Virus record (IMG/VR): IMGVR_UViG_3300021960_000027
Location: 53,938 to 117,937 of that record
DNA from: a virus
DNA: 64,000 nucleotides
Strand: one strand, 5' to 3'
Below, in pieces: positions 1 through 9,637 of the stretch. Numbering within the stretch: the stretch's first letter is position 1; each line of letters opens with the position of its first letter. Made by a program: the position numbers and the translations under genes. The notes under the pieces are model-generated. The model made no database searches. It was not told where the DNA came from and saw only the letters and a program-made list of their open reading frames with translations.

Positions 1-77
1 AACTCAACTGATTCAATGCCTTCGCATTTTGCGAGCGCAGGGAATCCTTCACGATTTAATTTATTAAGGAGAAGCAG

Positions 78-653
78 ATGGTTTCAGAATCACAGAAGTT
101 GCCCGGACCGAGATGTAGAGAAATGGTTGACGGTGGTGTCATGTCATTTCCATGCATGCTTGACTTGGGGCACATCGGTCCGCACGAAGCAGTAGAGGTT
201 CCTGCGTCTGGTCGTCGTCGTCAACTTTGGCTTGAGGAAAATGTTTCTGAGCAACAGCCTGTTACCGCAAGTCAGCCACAACAAGAACAGCCCAGCCCTA
301 GCGTGGACATTAGGCAAACGGTCATTGACCTTTTAATGAATGATGCCAGTGTTCGTCAGATTGCTAACGGAGAGGTTTCTCATCCAGTATTAGACATTGA
401 ACACATCAACCCACAGCATGTGCGAGAGCAGGCTGTTATGGCTGTCCTCAATAATCGTGACATTAATGCTCTTCCCGCGGCAGTTTCTTCTTGGGCGACG
501 GGTATGGTTTCAATGACCAGCCTGTCTGCACTTTGGATGATGGCTCAAGAACACTTTAACAATGGGCACTCCGCTGTTGTTTTAACAAAGGAATTCGTTG
601 AGAAACTTGTTCCAACACAAATTCGACCAGCACAAACTGACGAAGGAGAATAG
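78..653 (+). CDS. hypothetical phage protein
   Basis: 191 aa ORF with a strong SD (TAAGGAG) upstream; stop overlaps the next start. Confidence 0.75.
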   Translation: MVSESQKLPGPRCREMVDGGVMSFPCMLDLGHIGPHEAVEVPASGRRRQLWLEENVSEQQPVTASQPQQEQPSPSVDIRQTVIDLLMNDASVRQIANGEVSHPVLDIEHINPQHVREQAVMAVLNNRDINALPAAVSSWATGMVSMTSLSALWMMAQEHFNNGHSAVVLTKEFVEKLVPTQIRPAQTDEGE

Positions 654-1069
654 TGAAACATTTCGACACTGAGTTAGACAAACAGTCTTCTTACCGCCGA
701 GTAGTCGAAAAGGAAATCGTTCAGGAAGTAAAGCCTGAGCCACAGATCAAGCAGTCGTTTGTTGCGCCCAGCAACTCTCAGACTCACGCCTTTTCTCATC
801 CAGAACAATGGAACTGGGAGCAATTACGAGATTACGTTGTGTCTCAAATTGAGCAACGCTTTGGGGCATTCCCACGCGATCCGGTAGTAGAAGCATCAAT
901 CTTTCGCTCGTTCTACGGTCGGTGGAAAGAGAAGTCTGGATTAATTGCTGTCGCGGCATTTGAGGCGCATGGTGGGTACTGGCGTTCTGCCCCGATTACG
1001 GTCAGTCGTTTTACCAAGGGTTCGGATGATTATTTTGCAAGCATCATTGCATCTAATATTTCCGCATGA
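653..1069 (+). CDS. hypothetical protein, possibly replication initiation associated
   Basis: 138 aa, GGAG SD, ATGA-coupled to the DnaC-like gene; function inferred from position only. Confidence 0.7.
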   Translation: MKHFDTELDKQSSYRRVVEKEIVQEVKPEPQIKQSFVAPSNSQTHAFSHPEQWNWEQLRDYVVSQIEQRFGAFPRDPVVEASIFRSFYGRWKEKSGLIAVAAFEAHGGYWRSAPITVSRFTKGSDDYFASIIASNISA

Positions 1070-1893
1070 AACTCGCCCCAATCCCAAATCATATTTTGCT
1101 TCCGTCCGACATGGAGTTGAGACGGATTGCATCCAACCATCGGATTCGCAAACCAGATGACTGCAACACTTGTGGTGGTCAAAAGACTTTTAGGTTTTGG
1201 AACGAGGACAGAACAGAGGTAGTTGACTGGGAGTGCAACTGTGAGGATCAGTATGTTCTCTCGTTGTATTTTGCAAGCCGTGGAATTTCACGCAGGGACT
1301 CCACCATTTCTTGGGCTGACATGACCGCAGTTCCACAGGCAGGCATTGAGTGGCGAAACAATTATCTTTCAAATGCAGATGCATTTGTTCGCAATGGGTT
1401 TGGTGCCGTTCTTATTGGTGATTCAGGAACTGGTAAGTCTGCATTGGTCAATCTCATGCTTCGCACACTGATGTTTTTGGGTTACGACGGATATTTCATC
1501 CGTTACCCATCTTTGCTTGATTGGGTTCCAAAGACTTGGCAAGACGAAGAGGAAGACCACTTCTTTAAGAAGAGGGTTGTTAACGCTGGGGTACTGGTCA
1601 TTGATGACTTGGGTGGCTCAACTTCAGAGATTGAAAAATCTTCCCCAGAGTTTGCGATGAGGGCAATCGACAACATCCTTCGACATCGACTGAGCGTAGG
1701 CGTTCCAACATTTATTACATCTCGCCTATCGGCAGACAAATTGCAGTCAATCTTTGGTCAATCAATCAGCGACCTCATTCGTGAATCATCCAGCATTCAT
1801 GTTCTTCGTGGAGAATCTTTCCGTCATACGGGGGAAGACCCGTTTGTTGCTGATATCAAGAATGGTATGTCTCGTCCGGTGGTGTTTGGCTGA
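1066..1893 (+). CDS. dnaC: DnaC/IstB-like AAA+ ATPase (helicase loader)
   Basis: N-terminal CxxC...CxC, Walker A GDSGTGKS, Walker B VLVIDDLG, TFITS and GESFR motifs; directly before DnaB. Confidence 0.85.
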   Translation: MKLAPIPNHILLPSDMELRRIASNHRIRKPDDCNTCGGQKTFRFWNEDRTEVVDWECNCEDQYVLSLYFASRGISRRDSTISWADMTAVPQAGIEWRNNYLSNADAFVRNGFGAVLIGDSGTGKSALVNLMLRTLMFLGYDGYFIRYPSLLDWVPKTWQDEEEDHFFKKRVVNAGVLVIDDLGGSTSEIEKSSPEFAMRAIDNILRHRLSVGVPTFITSRLSADKLQSIFGQSISDLIRESSSIHVLRGESFRHTGEDPFVADIKNGMSRPVVFG

Positions 1894-3200
1894 TGGCAAC
1901 ACAGTTTGAAAAGGTTTTCATTCAGCACCTCACAATTTCAGAGTCGATGGAAAAGATTGTGGAGATGGGCGTTTCTCCAGATGTCTTTGTCGATCACGAA
2001 CTCAAGGCAATCTATTCATTCGCACTCCAGTATTGGCATCAGGATCATTCGGGTGGTATTGCTCCATCTTCGGATGCGCTTAAGACTCACTTTTCAAACG
2101 TGCTGGCAGAACATGAGATTGACGTTGAGTACGAGCCAGAAGATTCTTTGGAATGGTCGGTAGAGGCTCTTCGTGGTTCCTTTATTGACCGTCAGTGGCA
2201 GTCATGGGTGCGTGATTTTGCTACCGACATGTCAGGGGCAGACATTCTTGATAAGCCTGAGGTTTTGACCGAAGCACTTGACCGTCTTATGGGAATCCAA
2301 ACTGCAATGTCACGAAAGACAGAGCAGGTTGACATCAGGGACGGCATGTCAGACAGGCTTACCGAGTATCTTCGTCGTGAGTCCGAGCGGGGCAACAATG
2401 TCATTCGTGGCATTCCGTTTGGAATGGAGCAAATCGATTCTCATACAAACGGTATTCTTCCCGGGGAACTCTGTGTTCTCGCGGCCGGTCCGAAAACGGG
2501 TAAATCGTTTATGCTCCTTTATTCAGCACTTCAGTATTGGAAGGCTGGTGGAGTGCCAGTCCTTTTTACGCTGGAGAACTCTGTTGAGATGACGCAAGAC
2601 AGACTTGCCTGCATGGAACTCGGTATTGACGCTCGTCGTTGGAATCGGGGAGAGTGCGACGAAGGTGAACTTCAAAGAATTCGTGAGTGGACAGATGCTC
2701 TTCGCAACTCTGAGCGACCATTTTGGATTCTCCAGCCTGAACCCGGAAAGCGGACGGTCGACTTAATGATTCGTCAAGCGCGAGTTCTTGGCAACGCCGC
2801 GTTCATTGACCAGTTAACTTTTGTTGATGTACCAAAAGCAAGCGACCGCTCTCCACGGCACATTCAAATCAGAGACATTCTCCATGACTTAAAGTCGATT
2901 ATTTCTTCCGGCAATCGGATTCCATGTTTGATGGCTCATCAGATTAATCGTGAGGGAGTAAAGTCAGCAGAGCGAAGTGGGAAGTTGGAGATGTACCACT
3001 TGGCAGAATCTGCTGAGGTTGAAAGAACTGCCGACTGGGTTTTTGGACTTTGGCAGGGCGAAGGTTTGAGGCAGGCTGGTCGTGCGTACATCCAGATGCT
3101 CGCGGCTCGTCGTGAAGACCTTGTCGATTGGGAAGCAGTTTGGCGACCTCATATTGGTCAGATTGCAGTCCGTGGTCAAGTAGATTTGAGTCAGGTGTGA
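1893..3200 (+). CDS. dnaB: DnaB-like replicative helicase
   Basis: Walker A AGPKTGKS, FTLE, FIDQL, AHQINR and LAESAEVERTAD superfamily-4 helicase motifs. Confidence 0.92.
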   Translation: MATQFEKVFIQHLTISESMEKIVEMGVSPDVFVDHELKAIYSFALQYWHQDHSGGIAPSSDALKTHFSNVLAEHEIDVEYEPEDSLEWSVEALRGSFIDRQWQSWVRDFATDMSGADILDKPEVLTEALDRLMGIQTAMSRKTEQVDIRDGMSDRLTEYLRRESERGNNVIRGIPFGMEQIDSHTNGILPGELCVLAAGPKTGKSFMLLYSALQYWKAGGVPVLFTLENSVEMTQDRLACMELGIDARRWNRGECDEGELQRIREWTDALRNSERPFWILQPEPGKRTVDLMIRQARVLGNAAFIDQLTFVDVPKASDRSPRHIQIRDILHDLKSIISSGNRIPCLMAHQINREGVKSAERSGKLEMYHLAESAEVERTADWVFGLWQGEGLRQAGRAYIQMLAARREDLVDWEAVWRPHIGQIAVRGQVDLSQV

Positions 3201-4219
3201 CAAAATTTTCTCACCTTCCTGATGGCGAGAAAAAGCGTCTTTGTCTTGACCTGTTGCGTGAATTCAACGCAAAGAACATTCGTGAATCGGGGGATGAGTT
3301 AATCCATTCCTGCCCTCTTCCATTTGGCATGCACAGAAATGGCGACTCAAATCCTTCAGCATCTTTGAACTGGCAGAAGTTGGTTTTTAATTGCTTGGGG
3401 TGCGGTGGCAAAGGCTCATTGCTTTGGTTCATCTCTGTCATGCGCGGAGAATCCACCGAAGATGCAAGGGGATGGCTTTCCGCTCAAACTGGAGTAAACG
3501 GTGTTCAGGAAATCGGTGCGTTGATGCAGTTTCTTGATTCATTGAATGAGTCACCAGAGGATAACGACCACTCGGTCATGCCACGCTACAACTCTCGTAT
3601 CTTGGAACCGTGGCTGGTAGATCACCCATACTTTTCTTTTCGTCGCCTGCCAGAACAAAATGTCAAAGATTCAAAAATTGGATTCGATGGCTCAAGCATT
3701 ATCATTCCACACTTCTGGAATGAAGAACTTGTCGGCTGGCAAGCAAGACGGTTAGTCAAGGATCAGGGACCGAAATACAAATCGACCCCAGAGTTTCCAC
3801 GGGATAGAACCCTCTACAACTACAATCGCCATTCAGACACAGTGGTGGTAGTTGAGTCTCCAATGTCTGTCATCTCTAAGCGTCACCTCTTCCACCTAGA
3901 GGCAACATTTGGCGCGGCAGTTACCACTAAACAATGTTCTCTTATTGCAAACCATCGTGGTCGTATCATTTTGTTTTTTGATAACGATGAGGCTGGGTGG
4001 AAGGCAACAACAACGGTTGGTGATTGGCTTTGCCAACGTCAAAGCAACGTGTTCGCCGTTGACAATCCGTACGCGGCTGACCCTGCCGACATGAGCGATG
4101 AGATGTTCAGCAGACTTGTATCAAATAATGTAGTACCGTATGTTCTTTGGAGCAGACCGTCTAGTTTAAAGGAAATGGATGATGGGTTTCACCAAGTACA
4201 GTCGTGGGAAAGTTCTTAA
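3197..4219 (+). CDS. dnaG: DNA primase (Zn finger + TOPRIM)
   Basis: CPLP...H...NPS...FNCLGC Zn finger, PKYK, VVVES and FFDND TOPRIM motifs. Start moved to GTG 3197, which overlaps the dnaB stop (GTGA). Confidence 0.9.
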   Translation: MTKFSHLPDGEKKRLCLDLLREFNAKNIRESGDELIHSCPLPFGMHRNGDSNPSASLNWQKLVFNCLGCGGKGSLLWFISVMRGESTEDARGWLSAQTGVNGVQEIGALMQFLDSLNESPEDNDHSVMPRYNSRILEPWLVDHPYFSFRRLPEQNVKDSKIGFDGSSIIIPHFWNEELVGWQARRLVKDQGPKYKSTPEFPRDRTLYNYNRHSDTVVVVESPMSVISKRHLFHLEATFGAAVTTKQCSLIANHRGRIILFFDNDEAGWKATTTVGDWLCQRQSNVFAVDNPYAADPADMSDEMFSRLVSNNVVPYVLWSRPSSLKEMDDGFHQVQSWESS

Positions 4220-4322
4220 GAGTGAAGAAGAGTCATCCGATAATCAGGATGGATCAGAGCAAGAAAGACTCCAAAGAATTACGGATGCTCTTGCAGAAGA
4301 CGGCGAGGGAACAGAGGACTGA
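4179..4322 (+). CDS. small acidic hypothetical protein (47 aa), not in ORF track
   Basis: Hand translation MMGFTKYSRGKVLKSEEESS...GEGTED; AAGGA upstream; overlaps the low-confidence 5' end of ORF 4204. Confidence 0.45.
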   Translation: MMGFTKYSRGKVLKSEEESSDNQDGSEQERLQRITDALAEDGEGTED

Positions 4323-4947
4323 ACCCTTTCTTGTTGGGGGTCAGCCTTGGTTTTCTTCCAGCACGGCAATAGAGCCACTTAGATTTGTTTGGGACACCAA
4401 TAGTTTTTACAGAAGGCTCGGTGTTGAACCCAGCGCAACCCGTGGAGAAATTGGCGTTGCGTATCGCGATAATCCGAATCGTGATGATCCCTACCTAACC
4501 CATATTGCCAAGACTCTAGTGGATAAGAGCATTAGGCTTCGTTACGACTGGACTCCACTCGGTATGTTCTGGTCAGACGACCAACGGCTACAGCACGCCA
4601 TTGAAGAGGCGTTAGATCAATCCGGTGAAATTGAATCCCTAGAAACTGCAACGGGGAGTGTTGCAGAGTGGGGATTTTTTGTTCTTGGAGTTGACCAAAA
4701 CGATGTAGAAGAGTCTTCTGTTGTGCTGTGGCGAAGTGCGGTTATTGAGTGCCTATCTCAATTTACTGAAGTACCTCCCATCGCTGTTGGGATTGGGGCG
4801 CAGTCTTCCGACCCGACCATTGTGGTTCGGGACAAAAGAATTATTTTTTTCGCACCGAACATGCTTGACGATCAACTTGCTAGGCAGTATGCTTCAGATG
4901 TCGTCGCGTCCGTGGCGACAATCGACCCAGAATCACTCACCAATTAG
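4204..4947 (+). CDS. DnaJ-like (J-domain) protein, HPD motif absent; true start probably further downstream
   Basis: FYRRLGVEPSATRGEIGVAY...LVDKSIRLRYD matches J-domain helices. Confidence 0.7.
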   Translation: MGKFLRVKKSHPIIRMDQSKKDSKELRMLLQKTAREQRTEPFLVGGQPWFSSSTAIEPLRFVWDTNSFYRRLGVEPSATRGEIGVAYRDNPNRDDPYLTHIAKTLVDKSIRLRYDWTPLGMFWSDDQRLQHAIEEALDQSGEIESLETATGSVAEWGFFVLGVDQNDVEESSVVLWRSAVIECLSQFTEVPPIAVGIGAQSSDPTIVVRDKRIIFFAPNMLDDQLARQYASDVVASVATIDPESLTN

Positions 4948-4959
4948 GGGGTAACCAAC

Positions 4960-5883
4960 ATGTCAGATTTTGACTTCCGCTCAGGTGCGGTAGCCGCGAA
5001 AGAATCATCGGAGAAGAAGTCTCCAAGTGGCTCTGCGAAGACCGAGTATTTCAACCTGAAAGATGGTGAAAGCACCATCCTTCGTTTCTTGACCGACGTA
5101 GATGAAATCATCACTGTCGATCAGCACACTTTTGTGTCAACTCGCCCTGCTCCATCTGGATACACCGGCAAGTTTCCTCAGGCAATGAATGCCATTTGCC
5201 GTCGTGACCCTGCATTCGGTGGAACCTACGCAGATTGTTTTATCTGTGACCACCTTGCAATCGAAGAAAAGAAGTTCGCGGCAAAGCCCCGTGCATGGGC
5301 ACTCGCGGCAGTTCGTGAACCAGTTTACGAAAACGGAACTCTCGTTGGTTTGCGCGATGCAGTGCGTCGTGTTCCAGAAGTTATTGATGGTCGTGAAACA
5401 GGTCGGGAGATTGAAGAAAAGGCAGTCGTCATTGTGAACATGGCGTTCCATAACTTCTTCTCCCATGTCTTTGGGCATGCCAACTCCGCGGCAAACGGTG
5501 GAACCTTGCTCAATCGTGACTATGAGATTCGTCGCTCAGGTAGCGGACTGCAAACGTCATACACCATTACTGGACTTGACAAGATTACGATGGAAGACGG
5601 CAAGATTTATGACTTGCGTGATCCCGACATCATGGCTCGCTACCGTCCATATCCTGACTTGACTCAGATTCTTGTTGATCGTTCATCTGATGATTACTAT
5701 GCACGGTTCTTTGATACCCGTGTGCCTCACCCACAGCAGGGTGCTGGCTCTTCATCTTCATCCCCCAGTGGTGAGCAAGGAATGCGTTTTGCAGTGAGCG
5801 CACCAACCAACGACATGCCTACTATGCCGACGAGTGCATCGGCAGAGGACATCATGTCTCGCGTAACTGCACGCAATGCTTGA
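4960..5883 (+). CDS. putative single-stranded DNA-binding protein (gp32-like)
   Basis: YFNLKDGESTILRFL, C...CFIC, DYEIRRSGSGLQTSYTI and a low-complexity C-tail; located between primase and polymerase. Confidence 0.7.
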   Translation: MSDFDFRSGAVAAKESSEKKSPSGSAKTEYFNLKDGESTILRFLTDVDEIITVDQHTFVSTRPAPSGYTGKFPQAMNAICRRDPAFGGTYADCFICDHLAIEEKKFAAKPRAWALAAVREPVYENGTLVGLRDAVRRVPEVIDGRETGREIEEKAVVIVNMAFHNFFSHVFGHANSAANGGTLLNRDYEIRRSGSGLQTSYTITGLDKITMEDGKIYDLRDPDIMARYRPYPDLTQILVDRSSDDYYARFFDTRVPHPQQGAGSSSSSPSGEQGMRFAVSAPTNDMPTMPTSASAEDIMSRVTARNA

Positions 5884-5979
5884 TTGAATGAAGGCGGTCA
5901 TTTAATCAGGCAAAGAACGGTTTGCCCAGAGACACAAATCCCCCCCATCGTGTCTCTGGGCAGACCAACCAAGGGGGCG
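5881..5979 (+). promoter_or_regulatory. two stem-loops in the dnaE leader, possible pseudoknot with the SD
   Basis: Stem 5881-5891/5898-5908; 17-bp stem 5919-5935/5950-5966 with one G-U; C-run loop complementary to GGGGG at 5973-5977. Confidence 0.55.
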
Positions 5980-5981
5980 TT

Positions 5982-8900
5982 GTGTATTTTGTAGTTGAGT
6001 CATTTTCCGTTGACAGAGTAACCAGTGGTTTACTGTCTGGTGTGCCAGTCCCCTCAGTAATTGAGGATGCTGATGGTGGCTACAGATGGTTACTTGTACC
6101 CGATGGTTTAGTCATTACATCTCATTGGGAAAATGCCTATCGATTGGGTGCGATGGGAGTTTTGTCTATTTCTGATGGGCAACTTTTCTTTGCAACGACG
6201 AATTCTGTTATGCAGTCAAGTGGAGGCTTTTCTTTTTCTGTCCCTTCTTCTGAACTGGTTGCTGTTGAGTCACTCCCATCTTCTTCCGATTTAGCGTTGT
6301 ACGAATCTCGCTCTCCGATCATTTCTGAAAGTGGATTTGTTCACCTCCATGCCCATAGCGAATTTTCCCCACTAGATGGATTGGCGACAGTTCAAGAAAT
6401 GGTTGATGAGGCGGTTCGCCACAACCAGTCCGCTATTGCTGTTACCGATCACGGAGTTTGTGCCGCGCATCCAGAGTTGGCAAAGGTTGCTCGTCGCGCT
6501 GGCATCAAGCCGGTGTTTGGAATTGAGGCGAACTTTGTTAACCATCGCAGAGTCAAGGAATCGGTTGGAGATTATTATCACCTCATTCTTTGGGCGCAAA
6601 ACGAGCGTGGGCTAAGGAATCTTTGGAGTGCTTCAAGTGAGGCATACAGAGATGGTTTTTACGGCAGGGCGAGAATGGATTGGGATACTCTTTCTCGCAA
6701 CAACGATGGGGTTATGTGTTCAACAGCATGCCTGCGTGGTCCGCTTTCTGACATGATTTTGGACGGGGATGAAGACGGTGTTCGTGCAAGCCTCTCTCGC
6801 CTACAGGCATTGTTCGGGGATCGCCTTTACGTCGAACTTCACACGAATCAGTTGCCACAACAAAGGGTTGTTAACGAGGCACTGGTGCAGTTGGCGCAGG
6901 AGTTTTCTCTTCCCACTATCGCTGTTGCTGACTCTCATTATGCGTGCCAGTCAGACCACAAAGCCCATAAGGTTTGGATCGCGGCACAGACAAACAAGTC
7001 GCTACAAGATGAAGGTGATTTGTTTGCTGGGGATGAGCATTATCACATTTCTTCAGTAGATGAAATCCGTCAGTCACTGAGTTACTTGCCACAGTCAGTG
7101 GTAGATGAATCTATCTTTCAGACATCTGTTGTCGCTGATCTTTGCAACGCTGGGTTAGAGTCTCGCAAGTCAACTCCTGTCTTTCACCGCAAGGGCGAAG
7201 ACAGTGGTTCAGATAAAGATGCCAGAGTGCTTCGTCAGATGTGTTTGGACGCTTGGTCAAAAGTTGCTGATAAGCCGAATCAGGAAGAGTACGTCGAAAG
7301 ACTGGAAGAAGAACTTGACCTGCTGGTATCAAAAAAATTCTGTGGCTACATCCTTCTTGTTGCCGACTATTGCCGTTGGTGTAAAGAGAACATGATTCTG
7401 ATGGGACCGGGGCGTGGTTCTGCCGCGGGTTCCTTGGTTTGCTATCTCACTGGTATTACTGAGGTTGACCCGATTGATGCGAGGCTTTTGTTTGAGCGGT
7501 TTTTGACTCCGGGCAGAACTTCTCTTCCAGACATTGACTCAGACTTTCCAGCATCTAAGAGGGATGTAATTACTCAGTACATTGTTGATCGCTGGGGAGA
7601 GGATCGTGTTGTACGGGTAGGGACTCATATTCGTCTTGCCAACCGTGGTGTGATGCGCGACCTTGCCCGTGTACTTAGGGACTCTCTTTCGATTGATTAC
7701 CGAGATGTTGATGCTGTCTCAAAGATTATTGAAGACGCTGAGTCTGGTACTGCCGGTCTTGGTTTAAGTTGGGATGAGTTGTGGGGTCAGGTTGGAGATG
7801 AGTTGTCTCCATATCAACTTAAGTATCCAGAATGGTTTGAGTACGCAGACAAGTTTGTAGGTCGATTGAAGTCGTACGGCAAGCACGCGGCTGGGGTTGT
7901 AATTGACCCAGAGCGTTCAATTATTGACCGTCTTCCCCTTCGTGGTGGGGAAAGTGAACAACCAATTACTGAATTTGCGATGGAAGATTTAGAGGAACTT
8001 GGGTACGTCAAGTTTGACCTGCTGACTCTTCGTACTCTGGACACAATTCAGGTGTGTTTGGATTCAATTCGTGAAGACGAAAAACTTTCGTTAGGTTCAC
8101 CTAACATTTACGAATGGAACGAAGAATACAACGACCCTCAAGTTTGGGACATGCTGTGTGAGGGAGAGACGCTTGGCGTTTTTCAAATCGAAACATCTGC
8201 TGGCACGAAACTGACAAAGAGGTTCAAGCCACGTTCGATTGATGACCTCTGCGCCATTCTCACGTTGGTACGACCCGGACCGATTAGGTCTGGACTAACC
8301 GAAACCTACTTGTCTAGGAGAAGTGGCTCTGAACCAGTTCTCTCAATGCACCCACTGTTGGACAACGTTTTGGATAAGACGTATCAAACAATGATTTATC
8401 AAGAGGACATCATGGCTGTCTGCCGAACTCTTGGTGGTTACACGACCGAAGAGGCAGATGAAGTACGTTCAATTCTTGGCAAGAAAAAGGTGGACAAGGT
8501 CGAATCAGAGGGTCGGCGTTTCATCAGTCGTTGTGTAGAGAATGGCGTTGAGTCAGATATTGCAATTCGTCTTTGGGATCAAATGCAAGAGTTTGCTCGC
8601 TATGCGTTCAACAGATCACACTCATGGTCATACGCTCTTCTTGCTTACTGGACTGCGTGGCTCAAGTGTCATTATCCAGTTCACTTCAGCGCGGCGGTTT
8701 TGTCTACTGTTAAAAAAGAGCGCATTCCACAGTTTGTAGAAATGACTCGCAGAATGGGTTATCAGGTTCTTCCCCCAGACATCAACGAGTCAAAAGACGG
8801 GTTCACAATTAGTGCTGACCGTATGTCGATTAGGTACGGACTTGATTCAGTTAAGAATGTTGGCTCTTCCGCAATGCAGGCAGTTTTGGTTGGTCAACCT

Positions 8901-9623
8901 TACGAATCAATGGATGATTTTTTGGAGCGAAAGGGTCGTGCCTGCCACATGGGGCATGTTGAGTTGCTTGCCCAACTGGGTGCGTTTGACAAAATCAGCG
9001 GAATGCATCGCGCACAATTAGAGCAGTGGCTTAGTGATATTCGCTCTGGTAAATCGAAGGATTGTGCGTGGAAAGATGAATCAGTTACTGGTGCGCCAAA
9101 CGATTTGCCATGTACGTTTGACTGGGCAACTGAGGTTCGTATCGGTAAATCTGGTAAGCCATTGAAGACAAAGCCAGTGCCAAAGCGGTGCGGTAAAACT
9201 TGCCGAAATTACACTGAGCGTTCTGATTCAGAAATGCCAGAAAATGTTCCAGTTCATTCTGATGCTTTGATTCGTAATCGTGAGATGGACATGCTTGGCG
9301 TGTATTTGTCTAGCACTCCGTTTGATGATGTTGATAATGAAGTTAGATCATCCGTTGTTACAGCCCACCAGTTGGAGTCTCTTCCAACTGGAACCTACAT
9401 CACTCTCGGAATTGTTACCGCTGTCCGCAAGAGGAACGATAAGGCAAACCGGCAAATGGCTTTTGTTGATATTTTGACTGAGCAGGGAACGTTGTCTACT
9501 GTCACCTTTTCGGGTGAGTGGGCGAGGTATCATGGGGACATTGTTGTTAGCAAAATGATGCTGGCAAGAGTTAAGACGAACAAGCGTGGAACACAAATTA
9601 TTGATGTTGCACCAATCATTTGA
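5982..9623 (+). CDS. dnaE: DNA polymerase III alpha subunit
   Basis: PHP domain FVHLHAHSEFSPLDG and TDHG, GRGSAAGSLV, catalytic PDIDSD, KHAAGVVI, KFDLL, YAFNRSH, C-terminal OB fold. Start GTG 5982 chosen from the SD (track start 5922). Confidence 0.96.
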   Translation: MYFVVESFSVDRVTSGLLSGVPVPSVIEDADGGYRWLLVPDGLVITSHWENAYRLGAMGVLSISDGQLFFATTNSVMQSSGGFSFSVPSSELVAVESLPSSSDLALYESRSPIISESGFVHLHAHSEFSPLDGLATVQEMVDEAVRHNQSAIAVTDHGVCAAHPELAKVARRAGIKPVFGIEANFVNHRRVKESVGDYYHLILWAQNERGLRNLWSASSEAYRDGFYGRARMDWDTLSRNNDGVMCSTACLRGPLSDMILDGDEDGVRASLSRLQALFGDRLYVELHTNQLPQQRVVNEALVQLAQEFSLPTIAVADSHYACQSDHKAHKVWIAAQTNKSLQDEGDLFAGDEHYHISSVDEIRQSLSYLPQSVVDESIFQTSVVADLCNAGLESRKSTPVFHRKGEDSGSDKDARVLRQMCLDAWSKVADKPNQEEYVERLEEELDLLVSKKFCGYILLVADYCRWCKENMILMGPGRGSAAGSLVCYLTGITEVDPIDARLLFERFLTPGRTSLPDIDSDFPASKRDVITQYIVDRWGEDRVVRVGTHIRLANRGVMRDLARVLRDSLSIDYRDVDAVSKIIEDAESGTAGLGLSWDELWGQVGDELSPYQLKYPEWFEYADKFVGRLKSYGKHAAGVVIDPERSIIDRLPLRGGESEQPITEFAMEDLEELGYVKFDLLTLRTLDTIQVCLDSIREDEKLSLGSPNIYEWNEEYNDPQVWDMLCEGETLGVFQIETSAGTKLTKRFKPRSIDDLCAILTLVRPGPIRSGLTETYLSRRSGSEPVLSMHPLLDNVLDKTYQTMIYQEDIMAVCRTLGGYTTEEADEVRSILGKKKVDKVESEGRRFISRCVENGVESDIAIRLWDQMQEFARYAFNRSHSWSYALLAYWTAWLKCHYPVHFSAAVLSTVKKERIPQFVEMTRRMGYQVLPPDINESKDGFTISADRMSIRYGLDSVKNVGSSAMQAVLVGQPYESMDDFLERKGRACHMGHVELLAQLGAFDKISGMHRAQLEQWLSDIRSGKSKDCAWKDESVTGAPNDLPCTFDWATEVRIGKSGKPLKTKPVPKRCGKTCRNYTERSDSEMPENVPVHSDALIRNREMDMLGVYLSSTPFDDVDNEVRSSVVTAHQLESLPTGTYITLGIVTAVRKRNDKANRQMAFVDILTEQGTLSTVTFSGEWARYHGDIVVSKMMLARVKTNKRGTQIIDVAPII

Positions 9624-9637
9624 GATAGGAGAACACG

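Noticed and set aside
3128-3196. Long dnaB/primase overlap or frameshift implied by the ORF track
   Set aside because: GTG 3197 gives an ordinary GTGA coupling.
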